From positions 1,003,653-1,067,652 of the forward strand of contig CAWCIZ010000003.1 of the NCBI GenBank assembly GCA_963795855.1: 64,000 bases of DNA, written 5' to 3'. The position numbers and the translations under genes are program-made. The DNA is from Vulcanimicrobiota bacterium. GTDB lineage: Bacteria; Vulcanimicrobiota; Vulcanimicrobiia; Vulcanimicrobiales; Vulcanimicrobiaceae. Shown one piece after another: positions 33,798 to 44,825 of the stretch. Numbering within the stretch: the stretch's first letter is position 1; the number at the start of each line of letters is the position of its first letter. The notes under the pieces were generated by a model. The model did no database searches and was not told where the DNA came from. It saw only the letters and a list, made by a program, of their open reading frames with translations.

Positions 33798-34979
33798 TTA
33801 CGCTGCAGCCGGCGTGCAGACCTCGCCGAACACCGTGTGCCCGCCGACCATGGTGCCGATGACGGTGAACTCCTCATCCCAAAACGACAGATCGGCGCGA
33901 AGCCCCGCGCCGATGCGTCCGAGTTCGCGGTCGAGCCCGAGCAGTCTGGCCGGCGCGTGCGTCGCGGCGACGATCGCTTTCGGGAACGGCAGTTCCGTGT
34001 AAGCCATATAGTTTCGTACGCCCTCATCCATGCGCAGCGCGCTGCCCGCAATCGTTCCGTCTTCCGCGCGCATGACGCCGCCTTCGATGTGGTAGCCGGG
34101 TCCGGCGGGCGGCATGTTGTCGGTGGCGATGACGATGCGGTGACCGAGCGTGCGATGCAAAATGTCGACCATCACCGGCGCCACGTGATGGCCGTCGCAA
34201 ATGACCTGCACGAACGTGCGCGTGTCTTGAATGAACGCCGCCAGGATCGACGGATCGCGATGGTCGAGCGGCGGCATCGCATTGAACGCGTGCGTGAGCG
34301 AACGGAAGCCTAGGCCGATCGCAAGCATGCCTTCGCGGTACCGCGCGGAGGTGTGGCCGGCCGAACAGATCACGCCGTGTTCCAGAAAGACGCGCGCCGC
34401 GTCGGTGGCGCCTTCGATTTCGGGTGCCATCGTGACCATCACGCAGGCGCCTTTGCACGCTTCCACGAGCGCCCGAGCGTGATCGCGGCTCGCCGGAATG
34501 ACCCACTGCTGCTGATGCACGCGGCGGAATTTCGAATTCAGGAACGGTCCCTCGAAATGCATGCCCAGACAGCGCGCACCGCGCGGAACGTCTTCTTCCA
34601 GTTGATGCGCGGCTTCGACCACCTCGCCGGCTGCGTGCAGCATGGATTCCCAAGGCGCCGTCATGATGCCGGCAACGAAACCCGTCGCTCCCTGCCGCGC
34701 GTATTCGACTGCTGCGACCGGAACCGCGTATCCCTGGTCGCGGTTGAACAAGAAATCGCCCGCGCCGTTCGTGTGCACGTCGATGAGCCCGGGCGCGATA
34801 TGCGTGCCGGGCGGGAGATGAAAATCGCTGGGTCCGTCGGCTGCGAGGATTTCGCGGATGCGTCCGTGTTCTACGGCGATGCGTCCGTATGTGGAACTTC
34901 CGTCGCCGTGCGCAATGGTTGCGGGGCCGAGGGTAAAGCGGTCGGTTGTCGGGGAATCCATAATGCCGGAAACGTTCAT
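33798..34979 (-). CDS. nagA: N-acetylglucosamine-6-phosphate deacetylase
   Basis: PGLIDVHTNG, HFEGPF, TMAPE, GHT, THAFNAM, DGHHV, IAGS. Confidence 0.9.
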   Translation of the reverse strand: MNVSGIMDSPTTDRFTLGPATIAHGDGSSTYGRIAVEHGRIREILAADGPSDFHLPPGTHIAPGLIDVHTNGAGDFLFNRDQGYAVPVAAVEYARQGATGFVAGIMTAPWESMLHAAGEVVEAAHQLEEDVPRGARCLGMHFEGPFLNSKFRRVHQQQWVIPASRDHARALVEACKGACVMVTMAPEIEGATDAARVFLEHGVICSAGHTSARYREGMLAIGLGFRSLTHAFNAMPPLDHRDPSILAAFIQDTRTFVQVICDGHHVAPVMVDILHRTLGHRIVIATDNMPPAGPGYHIEGGVMRAEDGTIAGSALRMDEGVRNYMAYTELPFPKAIVAATHAPARLLGLDRELGRIGAGLRADLSFWDEEFTVIGTMVGGHTVFGEVCTPAAA

Positions 34980-37720
34980 TCGCTCTTCGTCTCGCCGGTC
35001 CCCATGAGAGAGCGCGGAAGCAAGCGCGAGAGCAAGCCTCGGCGCCGTTGGCCGGACGGCTCCGCTGTTTTCACGCGCGTCCCCGGCTGCGCGCGCTGCG
35101 CGCGCTCCAGCCGCTCGAGCCGGGCCATGTGCTCCTCCGCGTGTGCGGAAATCGTCGAGACGAGTGCGTCGAGCTCGTTCCAGCCCGCGGGTGCGCGGCG
35201 TTCGCGTTTCGCTTGCGCGTATTCCAGCGTCGACACCGTGAACGTCCGCTGGACGGGTATCGCACGTTCGCGCAGGTACTGCTGGGCGAGTTCCACGACG
35301 TGCCGGCGTTCGGACGCCGTTTCGTTGTCCGCCAGCGTGTGCGCGAACATCATCGGCTTGCCGAGTTGCGCGACGCGTTGGTACAGCGCGAGTTCGCGAT
35401 CGGACAACTGGCGTGAAAAGAGGCAGAGGACTTCGCTCGCCGCGCGCGCTGCGACCATGCACACGTCTTCGAGCGTCGAATCGCCCGCGTCGAACGCGGG
35501 GGCGTGCACCAGTACCAATTCGCGCGGCAATTTCCAAGGCGTGAGAATGAGTACCGGATTTCGGGTTGCTTCCTCGAGCGCCTACTCGATTTCGATTTCG
35601 AGCCAAGACCCGTCGGGCTGCAGCGCAAATGCGCCTTCCTTCCGCCGTAACGAACGTGCACCGGAAATGCGATCGCGCCGGCTATTTCATCTGCGAGCAC
35701 TCTGCGTCCGGCAAACGCGTTGATGAGACTTGATTTGCCGCGGCGCAACGCGCCGAGAATCGCCACGCGCCAGCGCTGCGGGCGCAGACCGCGCTCATAC
35801 GCTTCGCGATCGAACTCCTGGTCGACGTGCGCGCGGCGCACTGCCTCGGAGCCTGGGTCTGCCACCGCAATTTCTTCGCCGCGCGCGAGAAAACTCTCGA
35901 CGCGTTCGTCGATCGCTTCGACCAGGCGCTGCATCTCCGTCTTGCGCGCATGCATGTCGCCGATCGCGCGGCGCGGATCTCCGCCGAGCGCATGCGCCTG
36001 CAACGCGCGATCGATGCTGCCCACGGCGCGTCTTGCGCATGCGTGAGGGCTTCATCGAGGGCCGCTGCATACGTTTCTGCGATGCTGAGATCTTTGCCGC
36101 GATTTGCGCGGCGAACGCGGTCATCTCATCGCGAAATTGCGGCCAGATGGTTGAGCGAAGATCGGCGGTGAGTTCGCGCTTCATGTACGATCCTTGCGGT
36201 GCGGAGGAAAAGCGCGTCGCGATCGCGTGAACCAGCGCGATCGCAGGACCGCCGATTGCGTCCAGCACGATCGTCGCGCAGAGCGCGGTTGCCGGATCTT
36301 CCGACCACGAGCTGCCGGTTCCGCTCGCGCCGAATGCATCCGCGGCGGCCTGCCCGAACAAGAAACGCACAGGCAAGCGTGCTTGCACGGCCTGCAGTTC
36401 CCGCTCGTAATCCGCGTACACCGCCGCTGAAACTTCCGACGCGAACAACGCGACCGTCTCGCCGAGCGTGCGATCGACCAGGATGTGCAGCCGCGCACGA
36501 TCGCGCAGCCGCGCGACGTCCGCCGTGTCGAACGCCTGCGTGAGCGCGCGTTCCGATTCTTCGGCGAGCATCTCTCCGCGCTCGCGCACTGCCGATGCCA
36601 TGCGCGCTGATGCTGCGAGTGCTTTCGAGCACGCTTCCCGCGCGAACGCTTGCGACTGCGCCAGCTCCGGCTCCGCCGATGCGCGCCGGCGCTGGAGTTC
36701 TTCACGGCCAAGCGCGAACATGGCAGCGTCGCGATCGATGGTTTCGATGCTGTCGTTTGCCGCGAGCGCAGCACGGTCCCGAGCACGCCGCAGCCGCGCG
36801 CGTCCGCTGTTGCGCACGAGCGACGCATCGAGCGCCTCAACGAATCGCGGAAAACCCGAACGTTCGACCAATGCAGCATCGTTTCGCAGCGTTCCCTCGA
36901 CGTACCGGCGTGCGGAAAGCGCGTACACGTACGTCCCCGGTGCGTGCACTGCGGCGAGTTTGGCGATGCGTTCGTATGCCGATTCCCACGCGGATTTGCC
37001 GTCGGAAGTCTGATCCCACAAGTCGATTTTCGTCTGCACGACGAAAATCGTGTCCAGATGCTGGCGGATGAAGCCGAGAAACGATGCGTCGCCCTCCGTG
37101 AACGGCTGCTGCGTGTCGATGAGATACAGCACCGCATCGGCGTTCGGCAAGAATTGCAGCGTCGCGCGCCGATGCGCGGGATTAATCGAAGCCAGGCCCG
37201 GCGTGTCGGCAACGCTGAATCCGCGCCGCAGAAACGGCGAGTCCACCTTGACCAGCACGCGTGAAGGCGCGTCTTTTTCGTCCTTGACGGCATCGTGCAG
37301 CGCGCCGGCGTCGCCCACACTCGCAGCGACGGCTACGAACTGCGAGAGCCGATCGAGGGGGATGCGTTCGACGCGCCGGTCTTCATGAAAGGCGTAGGCT
37401 TCACTCTCGGGCGCGTACTCCAGTTCCGTGATCGTTGCGGTGGACGGATTGATATCCGTCGCCAGCAAGCCTACGATCTGTTCGCGCGCTCCGCTCTGCT
37501 CGAAGCGGAACTTCCCCAGCAAGGCGTTGAGCAGAAACGACTTGCCGCTCGAAAATTCTCCGACGACGGCAAGAAGAAACGTCGCGCGTTCCAACCGTTC
37601 GCGCGCCGCAGCGACGTCTTTCTGCTGCTCGGGCCCGACGAGCGCTTCCAGTGCGCGAATCTGCTCGAGAACCGCTAAGCGAGTCTCGTCGTATCGCGCG
37701 AGAGCCTCGCGGTCGATCAG
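34976..37720 (-). CDS. Bacterial dynamin-like protein, probably one polypeptide with two GTPase-like domains (frameshifts near 36070, 36025 and 35640-35540)
   Basis: Domain 1: GEFSSGKS, PST, DTPG, TKID, then a helical stalk. Domain 2: GALRRGKS. Start uncertain (CTG overlapping the pmm stop). Confidence 0.78.
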
Positions 37721-39066
37721 CTGCGTATGAGCGCGAGCGCCTCGTCCCGGTGCTGCTCCATGAGGGCCTTGGTATCGCCTTCGACGTTCAGGCGCAGCAG
37801 CGGCTCGGTATTCGACGGACGAACGTTCATCCACCAGTGCGGATACGAAACCGTCACCCCGTCGAGGAAGTCGATCTGCGCGTCCTTGTAGTGCTCCTGG
37901 ATCTCTTTGAGTTTCGCCGGAATGTCCTTCACGGTGCTGTTGATCTCGCCGGAACGAAAACGAGTATCGATTGGCGCAATCACTTCACTGACCGGTTTGC
38001 CCGCTTCGCTGAAGAGTTCCAAACATTGCATCAGCGCGATCATGCCGGAATCGGCGTACCAGTTCTCGCGGAAATAAAAATGGCCGCTGTGCTCGCCGCC
38101 GAAAATGACGTCCTCTTTGCGCATCGTCGCTTTAATGAGCGAGTGGCCGACTTGCGAGCGCAACGGGATGCCGCCGTTCTTTGCGATGAGTTCCGGCACG
38201 CTGCGGCTGCAAATCAAGTTGTAGAGAATCTTCGTGCCGGGGTGGCGTTTGAGCGTATTGAGCGCAACGAGCGCCGTTACTGTGCTGCCGTCGACCAAAT
38301 CGCCTTTTTCATCCACGATGAACATGCGGTCCGCATCGCCGTCGAACGCCGCACCCAGATCGCAGTGATGTTTGCGCACCGCGGCCTGCAGATCGGCCAT
38401 ATTCTCGGGTTCGATTGGGCTGGCCGGGTGATTCGGGAAGTTCCCGTCGAGTTCGAAGTACAGCGGCACGATTTCGCACGGAAGATGCTTGAAGACGTGC
38501 GGAACCGTTTCGCCCGCCATTCCGTTTCCCGCGTCCACGGCGATCTTCAACGGTTTGATCTTCGATGCGTCGATGAACGAAAGACAATGCTGAGCGAAGT
38601 CGTCGAGCACGTTCACGTGCGTGATGCTTCCGGCTTTCGCCGCTTTCGGCGGAAGCGTGCCCGAAAGGATTCGATCGCGGATCTCCGAGAGGCCGGTGTC
38701 GAGCGAGATTGCCTGCGCGCGGTCGCGCGTGAATTTCATCCCGTTGTAGTTCGCCGGATTGTGCGATGCGGTGATCATCACGCCGCCGTCGTAACCGAAT
38801 TTTCCGACTGCGAAGTACAGCGCGTCGGTCGATACCATGCCGATATCGACGACGCCGGCGCCTGCTTCGCTTGCGCCGCGTGCAAACGCGTCAAACAGCG
38901 TTTCTCCGGACGGCCGCATGTCGCGTCCCACGGCGACGGTTTTCGCCCCGAGCAGGGGAACGAAGCAGCGGCCGATCTGATATGCAACGTCTTCGTTAAG
39001 CTGAGCCGGATAAATGCCGCGAACGTCGTAACTCTTGAAAATTGCCGTATTCAACTGCGTTTGCAT
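37717..39066 (-). CDS. Phosphomannomutase/phosphoglucomutase
   Basis: FKSYDVRG, ITASHNP, FDGDADR, GGEHSGH, RPSNTEP. Confidence 0.94.
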   Translation of the reverse strand: MQTQLNTAIFKSYDVRGIYPAQLNEDVAYQIGRCFVPLLGAKTVAVGRDMRPSGETLFDAFARGASEAGAGVVDIGMVSTDALYFAVGKFGYDGGVMITASHNPANYNGMKFTRDRAQAISLDTGLSEIRDRILSGTLPPKAAKAGSITHVNVLDDFAQHCLSFIDASKIKPLKIAVDAGNGMAGETVPHVFKHLPCEIVPLYFELDGNFPNHPASPIEPENMADLQAAVRKHHCDLGAAFDGDADRMFIVDEKGDLVDGSTVTALVALNTLKRHPGTKILYNLICSRSVPELIAKNGGIPLRSQVGHSLIKATMRKEDVIFGGEHSGHFYFRENWYADSGMIALMQCLELFSEAGKPVSEVIAPIDTRFRSGEINSTVKDIPAKLKEIQEHYKDAQIDFLDGVTVSYPHWWMNVRPSNTEPLLRLNVEGDTKALMEQHRDEALALIRS

Positions 39067-39143
39067 ATTTTTTTCGTTTCGGAGGTGCGGTTGCCTGGAC
39101 CTAGGAGGCCGGCCGCTCCTATATACCCGGTAGGCGCCAAGGC

Positions 39144-40587
39144 ATGATACGACTGCCGCGCCTGCCCCGGCCGCTATTGCGCGGCGCCGGCACGCTGACT
39201 GCGACCGCCATTCTCGGATTCGCGCTCATCATCGCGGTCACTGGCGCACTCGTCACGCGTCAGGCTATCAACGTGTCGTTCGCCCAGCAGATGCAAATCG
39301 AGCGGGCGCAGCTCACGCTCGAGCGCATGCTGAAAATTCAGCCTGGACGAAGAAAATTACGTGCGAGCGTACGTGATAACGCGCGACCCCGCGGACATCG
39401 ATTCCTACCGCGCGACGAGCTCGCAATTCGACGGGGAACGCGCCATCCTATTCGGCATCTTGCAGCGCGAGGGACTCGCCGACGCGCTGGGTGCGCTCGA
39501 AGATTACGAGATGGCCCACCGCGACTGGCACGTCGAAGTCGCGGATCGCATGCTGGCGCGTCCCGGCGCGGCCGTGCGTGAGTTGGAAAAGCGCGGTAAA
39601 ACGCTGATCGACTCTCAAAGCGACGCCGCGCGTTTCATCGAAATGCGCCTGGACGGGAAGAATCGCGAAGTCCTCGCGTCGACGCAAGAGCAGATCAACA
39701 ACACGCTGTATCAGCGCATGATCTGGCTGGTCATCTTCGGCCTCATCGCGATTTTGCTCAACGGTTGGCGCTCGCGCCTTACCAGCGCGCTCGAAGACGA
39801 ACGTTTGACGACGCAAACGCTGCAGCGCGCCTTCCGGAGCGAACACGTGCCGCTTCCGAACTGCCGCATCGGCAGCGCGTACGGCGCAGCGAGCAGTCAC
39901 TTGGCGGTCGGCGGCGACGTCTTCGACGTGCACCGGCTTTCGGATCGTCTCGGACTCATCGTGATCGCCGACGTAAGCGGCAAGGGCGTCGACGCGGCAG
40001 TACTCACGGCGTTCATCAAATTCACGATTCGGGGCATCGCGCTGCGGCGGCGCGATCCGGGCTTCATTCTGCAGGAATTCAACCGGGCGTTTCCTCGCAC
40101 GGTGGGCAACCCGTATTTGTTCGTCTCGATGTTCGTCGGCATTCTGGATACGTGGACGCTGCGTCTCGATTATGCGAGCGCGGGCCACGACATCGCGTTC
40201 GTTCGCCGCGGAAACAACGTCGAACAACTCGCAGTCACCGGCCCGGTGCTCGGGGTAATGGAAGAGCCGTTCGAGGTGAAGACACTGTACCTGCAGGACG
40301 GCGACACCGTCGTGCTTTCGACGGACGGACTCACTGAAGCGCGCGACGCCGACGGCAAGTTTCTCGAAGTTTCGGGAGCGATGCGGTGGATCGCGGAGGA
40401 GAGCGGCGATCCGGCGCACGTCGCGAACCGGCTCATCGAACGCGCTCGCGCGTACTCGAATCAAAAGATGCGCGACGACGTCGCGGTTCTCGCAATACAC
40501 GTACAGCGGCCTACCGCGCTTTCGGACAAAGGCGATTCCGAGATCGGAGACGCCGGCTCCGGCATAGAGGCGGTCGCGGATGTTTAG
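39144..40587 (+). CDS. Membrane-bound SpoIIE/PP2C phosphatase with extracytoplasmic helical (CHASE3-like) sensor (frameshift near 39340)
   Basis: TM-sensor-TM followed by VGGDVFD, IADVSGKG, SAGH, STDGLTEAR, DDVAVL. Confidence 0.87.
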
Positions 40588-40984
40588 GCGGCTCTTCGTC
40601 GCGTTCGTGTTTTTCGGCGCTGCGGTGGCGGCTGCGCTTGCGCAGCAGTGCCACGCCGAACGCGGCATGCAGATTACGCTCTTCGGCGGCGTGGACGATC
40701 CGGACGTGCTAGTCTGGGATTCCCGCGATCGCCTCATCAGCTATGGCGCCGGATCTGCGGACACCCGAAAATTCTTGCTTCCGCACGCTCTTCTGAATAG
40801 CCCCGGAACGCGCGCGGTCGTTCAAGTCTGTATTGGGGGCGCGGTTCATTCGAAATTCCGCATGGATTCCGACGATGCGGTGGGCGTGCTGATTCTTAGC
40901 GGTAAGTATCGCGGACGCTACGGTTGGGTGAGTTCCTCCGACGTTCGCGGCAAAGGGATTCCGGAGGCGCAAGAGCCCTGGTGA
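40580..40984 (+). CDS. Secreted hypothetical protein
   Basis: Signal-like N-terminus; overlaps the phosphatase stop. Confidence 0.65.
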   Translation: MFRRLFVAFVFFGAAVAAALAQQCHAERGMQITLFGGVDDPDVLVWDSRDRLISYGAGSADTRKFLLPHALLNSPGTRAVVQVCIGGAVHSKFRMDSDDAVGVLILSGKYRGRYGWVSSSDVRGKGIPEAQEPW

Positions 40985-41749
40985 GCGGACGGAAACACGC
41001 GCAGCGCGCCTGACGCAGAACGTACGATTTCCATCGAAATGCCGTAGGCACGCTCGAGGAGGTTACACTGCAGCACATCCTGCGGCGGCGCAAATGCGAG
41101 CAGTTCTCCGCAGCCCAGCAACAACAGCCGATCCGCGAATTGCGCCGCCTCATTCAAATCGTGCAGCGCGCACACGACCGTCTTTCCGATCTCGACCTGC
41201 GCGCGAAGCAAATGCAAAATGTCGCGCGCAACGCGAACGTCCAGGTGGCTCGTGGGCTCGTCGAGCAGGAGCACCGGCGCTTCTTGCGCGAGTGCGAGGG
41301 CGATCCAAACGCGCTGCCGCTCTCCGCTCGAAAGCGTATCGAAGCGCGCGGTGTTCGAACGTTTCCACGCGCACCGCACGCAGAGCGCTCGAAACGGCAT
41401 CGCCGTCGCGCGTTTCTTCGCTCCACTGCCACCAGCGATGGTGCGGATAGCGTCCCATCGCGACGACGTCGCGCACCAACAGCCGATCGTTGAAGAGATC
41501 GTCGCTCGCGATGTGCGCGATAAGCCGTGCGCGTTGCGCTGCGGAGAAAGACGAGAACGATCGGCCGTTTACGCGTACGGCTCCGCCGTCCGGGGCGCGC
41601 ACGCCGGCAAGCGTGCGAAGCAGCGTCGTCTTACCAACGCCGTTCGCGCCGAGGACCGCCACGAATTCGCCGCGATGCACCGTAAAAGAGGCGCGCGACA
41701 CGAGGGTTCGGACGCCCGCGCGCAGCGTGAGATCCGAAACCGCGATCAT
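40918..41749 (-). CDS. Cobalamin/Fe-siderophore ABC transporter ATPase (BtuD-like; frameshift near 41350)
   Basis: GANGVGKT, LSSGERQR, LLLDEPTSHLD, LHDLN. Confidence 0.9.
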
Positions 41750-42732
41750 GCGGCGGCAGCTCGCTCTGATCGCAGGTACATGTACAAAAACGCGGGCACG
41801 CCTACGAACGCGAGCAGCACGCCGATCGGGATTTCCGTCGGCGGCGCGATGGAGCGGCAGAGCGCATCCGCGGCCATGGTGAGCGCCGCGCCGATGAATG
41901 CAGACGCGGCGGCGACGTACCGGAAATCCGAACCGACGATGCGCCGCGCAATGTGCGGAACGATGAGGCCGACGAAACCGACCGTTCCGGATAGCGTTAC
42001 GGCGCACGCCGTGAGCAGGGACGCCGAACACAGAATGAGCCACTGCGCGCGGGAGACGTCCACGCCGACGGACGCTGCGCGGACGTCGCCCAGCCGGAGC
42101 GCGTTCAACGCCGGAACGCTCACGGCCGCGAGAACGAGACCCGCGAGCGCATACGGAAGCGCGAAGCCGAGATCGCTCCATCCGCGGCCGGCGAGCGAGC
42201 CCGCGAGCCAGCCGATGATCGCCGGGGCCGCATCGGTGGACTGCAACCGCGTGAGCACCAGCGCGATAATCGCCGAGAAGAGCGATGAAAGCGAGACGCC
42301 GGCCAGGATGAGCCGCGTCGCGTCGATGCCGCTGCCGCGTCGCGCAAGCGCGGCCACCAGTAGCGCCGTTGCGATGCCGGCGCCAAATCCGAGCGCCGGT
42401 ACCGCCGCCGGTGCGACGCCGGCGGTCATTGCGAGCACGATAGCCACGGCTGCGCCGGCGCTGACGCCCGTCAAGAACGGATCGACGATCGGATTGCGGA
42501 GTAAACCTTGCAGCTGCGCGCCGGCGACGGATAGCGAGACGCCGACGAGCGCGCCGATTGCGACGCGCGGAAGGCGCAATTGCCAAACGATGGTCGCCAC
42601 GTCGCCGCCGTTGCGGGGATGCGCCAATGCGGCGAATACTTGCGCGAACGCAAGCGGCGTTCCACCGGCGAGCAGGCTCGCGAACATCGCCGCGCACGCG
42701 ATGCCGAACAGCACCGCAAGCCGTAGCGGCAT
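41746..42732 (-). CDS. FecCD/BtuC family permease
   Basis: LRLPR, QGLLRNPIVDP, GFVGLIVPHIAR, EIPIG. Confidence 0.92.
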   Translation of the reverse strand: MPLRLAVLFGIACAAMFASLLAGGTPLAFAQVFAALAHPRNGGDVATIVWQLRLPRVAIGALVGVSLSVAGAQLQGLLRNPIVDPFLTGVSAGAAVAIVLAMTAGVAPAAVPALGFGAGIATALLVAALARRGSGIDATRLILAGVSLSSLFSAIIALVLTRLQSTDAAPAIIGWLAGSLAGRGWSDLGFALPYALAGLVLAAVSVPALNALRLGDVRAASVGVDVSRAQWLILCSASLLTACAVTLSGTVGFVGLIVPHIARRIVGSDFRYVAAASAFIGAALTMAADALCRSIAPPTEIPIGVLLAFVGVPAFLYMYLRSERAAAA

Positions 42733-42733
42733 C

Positions 42734-44593
42734 TTACTTGCTCGAAACCTCGACTTGGAACGAGCGCCCCGGCATGGGAAATCCGCTTACCGCCGCATAG
42801 CGTTCGTTGCCGAGATTATAGCCGCGCAAATTCAAGCGCAGATCGCGCCCGATGCGCAGCCTCGCGTACGCGTCGACCGTCGTATACGCAGCCGGCTGGT
42901 AAAACGGCGGCTGTTCCGGATCGACGAAGCCGCGAGCGCCTGCCGCGCGCAGCCAAACGCCCCATGAATCGAGTAGCGCGTTCGAACGCGCGGTGTAATC
43001 GAGTCGAAGGTTCGCGCCGATCACGGCTTGATTCGGCAGGCGAGTTTGCGTGTCGATGTTCTCGGCTCGATACAGATCGGTCACATTGAGCGAGGCCGTG
43101 AATCCGTTCGAGGGCTGCGTGCGGATATCGAGCGTCAAACCCTGGATGGATGCGCGAGCGATGTTGCATGGCTCGTAGACGAAACTCGACGGATCCGGCG
43201 CGCACGTCGATCCCGCTTTCACCGGCGTGGGTACGATGAGATCGTTCGTGCGGTTCGCGAACCACGCGATGGACGCTCCGCCGAGCAGCCGTGAATCGTC
43301 GATCGTCAAGTCCGCCACTTTCGCCCGCTCGGCCGAGAGCGAAGGGTTGCCGTATCCCGGAAAATACAACTCGCTCGCGTTGGGAGCGCGGAATGCGGTT
43401 GCGACGTTCGCTTTGACCGTTGCTTCATTCGAAAATCGCACGAGCACGCCGGCCGATGGAGAGAATTCGCCGCCGAGCGAACCGTCGCGCTCCGCGCGCA
43501 AGCCGTAATAAAAGCCGCCCCACTTCGTAAGGCTCTTTTCTTGTGCATATGCAGCGGCTTGCGCCAGCGCGTCGACGGAGATCGGTCCCCCGGCGTCCGA
43601 TCGGACGGCGCCGCGGGCGAGATCGACGCCGTACAGCAGCCGTTCGTTCGAGCCGGACACGTCGTTGCGCGCGCTGAAGTCCAGCCGATTTTCGGTGTCG
43701 AGCGAAGGCACGTTTTGAAAACAGTTCGGATCGGCGGACGGGTCGCATGCGAAGGTAATCTGCTGCCGCGTTCCGCCGAACTGCACGGTGGTTTCGGATT
43801 GCGCCGTTTTGTGAACGGCGGAAACGCTCGCGTTGCCGTTTACGTCGGTTTCACGAGACGACGGCGATTCGAACCCGAACGCGCCCGGCGCGCCGACGTG
43901 GTCGGACGTCAGTCCCGCGCGCAGCGTCACGTCGAACGTGCCGACGCGCCGCGATCCGCCGGCGTGTATCGACGAAGAAGCGTAATCGCTGTCGGGCCGC
44001 ACCCCGCCGCCCGGCAAACCGAAAGCGTCGGCTGCGAGCACGCGCGAGATCTGCACGTGCTCGGTGTCGATCTCCAGACGGCGTGCCCCGAACGAACCGT
44101 AACCGATTGCGGCCGACGGGCTTGCGGACCGCTGTGTGATCACATTGATGATGCCGCCGATCGCGCCGGTTCCGTAGAGCGTCGAACCGCCGCCTTCGAC
44201 GACTTCGATACGTTCGACGCCGGTCGTCGGCAGGTTGCCCAGTTCCACCGAGTTGTCGAACGATCCGGGAGCCGGAAGTCCATCCACCAAGACGAGCACC
44301 TGTGCGGTGCTGCTTCCGCGAATGCCGTAGTTTTCGCTCGCGCCGAGCGCGCCGTACGCGAGCATGTTGACTGCGGGAACAGATTCGAGGGCCTCGGCAA
44401 CGGTGCGGTAGCCGTAGCGGACGATTTGATCGCGCGTGACGACGTAGGTCGTGCGCGTGGCGTTGCGCAGCGTTTCATCGGCGCGGTCCGTCGTGAAGAC
44501 GTGCGCGATTTCCGGCAGCGGAGACGGCGATGGTGAAGGCGTCGGGGCAACGGCAACTGCCGTGCACAGCGCGCACGCCGAGAAGAAGAGCAT
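42734..44593 (-). CDS. TonB-dependent cobalamin receptor (BtuB-like)
   Basis: Plug IRGSS/VLVLVDG/IEVVEGGGSTLYGTGAIGGIINVIT, FRAPN, YNLGNE, PGRSFQV; lies directly downstream of a B12 riboswitch. Confidence 0.88.
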   Translation of the reverse strand: MLFFSACALCTAVAVAPTPSPSPSPLPEIAHVFTTDRADETLRNATRTTYVVTRDQIVRYGYRTVAEALESVPAVNMLAYGALGASENYGIRGSSTAQVLVLVDGLPAPGSFDNSVELGNLPTTGVERIEVVEGGGSTLYGTGAIGGIINVITQRSASPSAAIGYGSFGARRLEIDTEHVQISRVLAADAFGLPGGGVRPDSDYASSSIHAGGSRRVGTFDVTLRAGLTSDHVGAPGAFGFESPSSRETDVNGNASVSAVHKTAQSETTVQFGGTRQQITFACDPSADPNCFQNVPSLDTENRLDFSARNDVSGSNERLLYGVDLARGAVRSDAGGPISVDALAQAAAYAQEKSLTKWGGFYYGLRAERDGSLGGEFSPSAGVLVRFSNEATVKANVATAFRAPNASELYFPGYGNPSLSAERAKVADLTIDDSRLLGGASIAWFANRTNDLIVPTPVKAGSTCAPDPSSFVYEPCNIARASIQGLTLDIRTQPSNGFTASLNVTDLYRAENIDTQTRLPNQAVIGANLRLDYTARSNALLDSWGVWLRAAGARGFVDPEQPPFYQPAAYTTVDAYARLRIGRDLRLNLRGYNLGNERYAAVSGFPMPGRSFQVEVSSK

Positions 44594-44634
44594 CGTGCGA
44601 CCTTTCCTTTGCGCGAGGTGGTGTGCGGCGTTTA

Positions 44635-44785
44635 CGCTGGTATCCTGACTCGCGGATCGTTGCCGTTTGCCCGTGCCTTCCCACCGAAGTAGTGGCATTC
44701 GGGCGGCTCCCCGCATACAGTGGCGCGACCGTGCCGGCTTTGCACCGGCTTCCCGCGCGAAAACGCGAACGTCTAGGTTCCCACG
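44635..44785 (-). ncRNA. Cobalamin riboswitch
   Basis: Minus strand GGGAA-GCCGGTGCAAAGCCGGC-ACGGTCGCGCCACTGT...GCCACT...GGGAAG...GAGTCAGGATACC (B12 box) upstream of the receptor. Confidence 0.92.
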
Positions 44786-44825
44786 TGCAGGCGGCCGTTC
44801 CTCGTCCTGTGAACCTCGCAGACTC

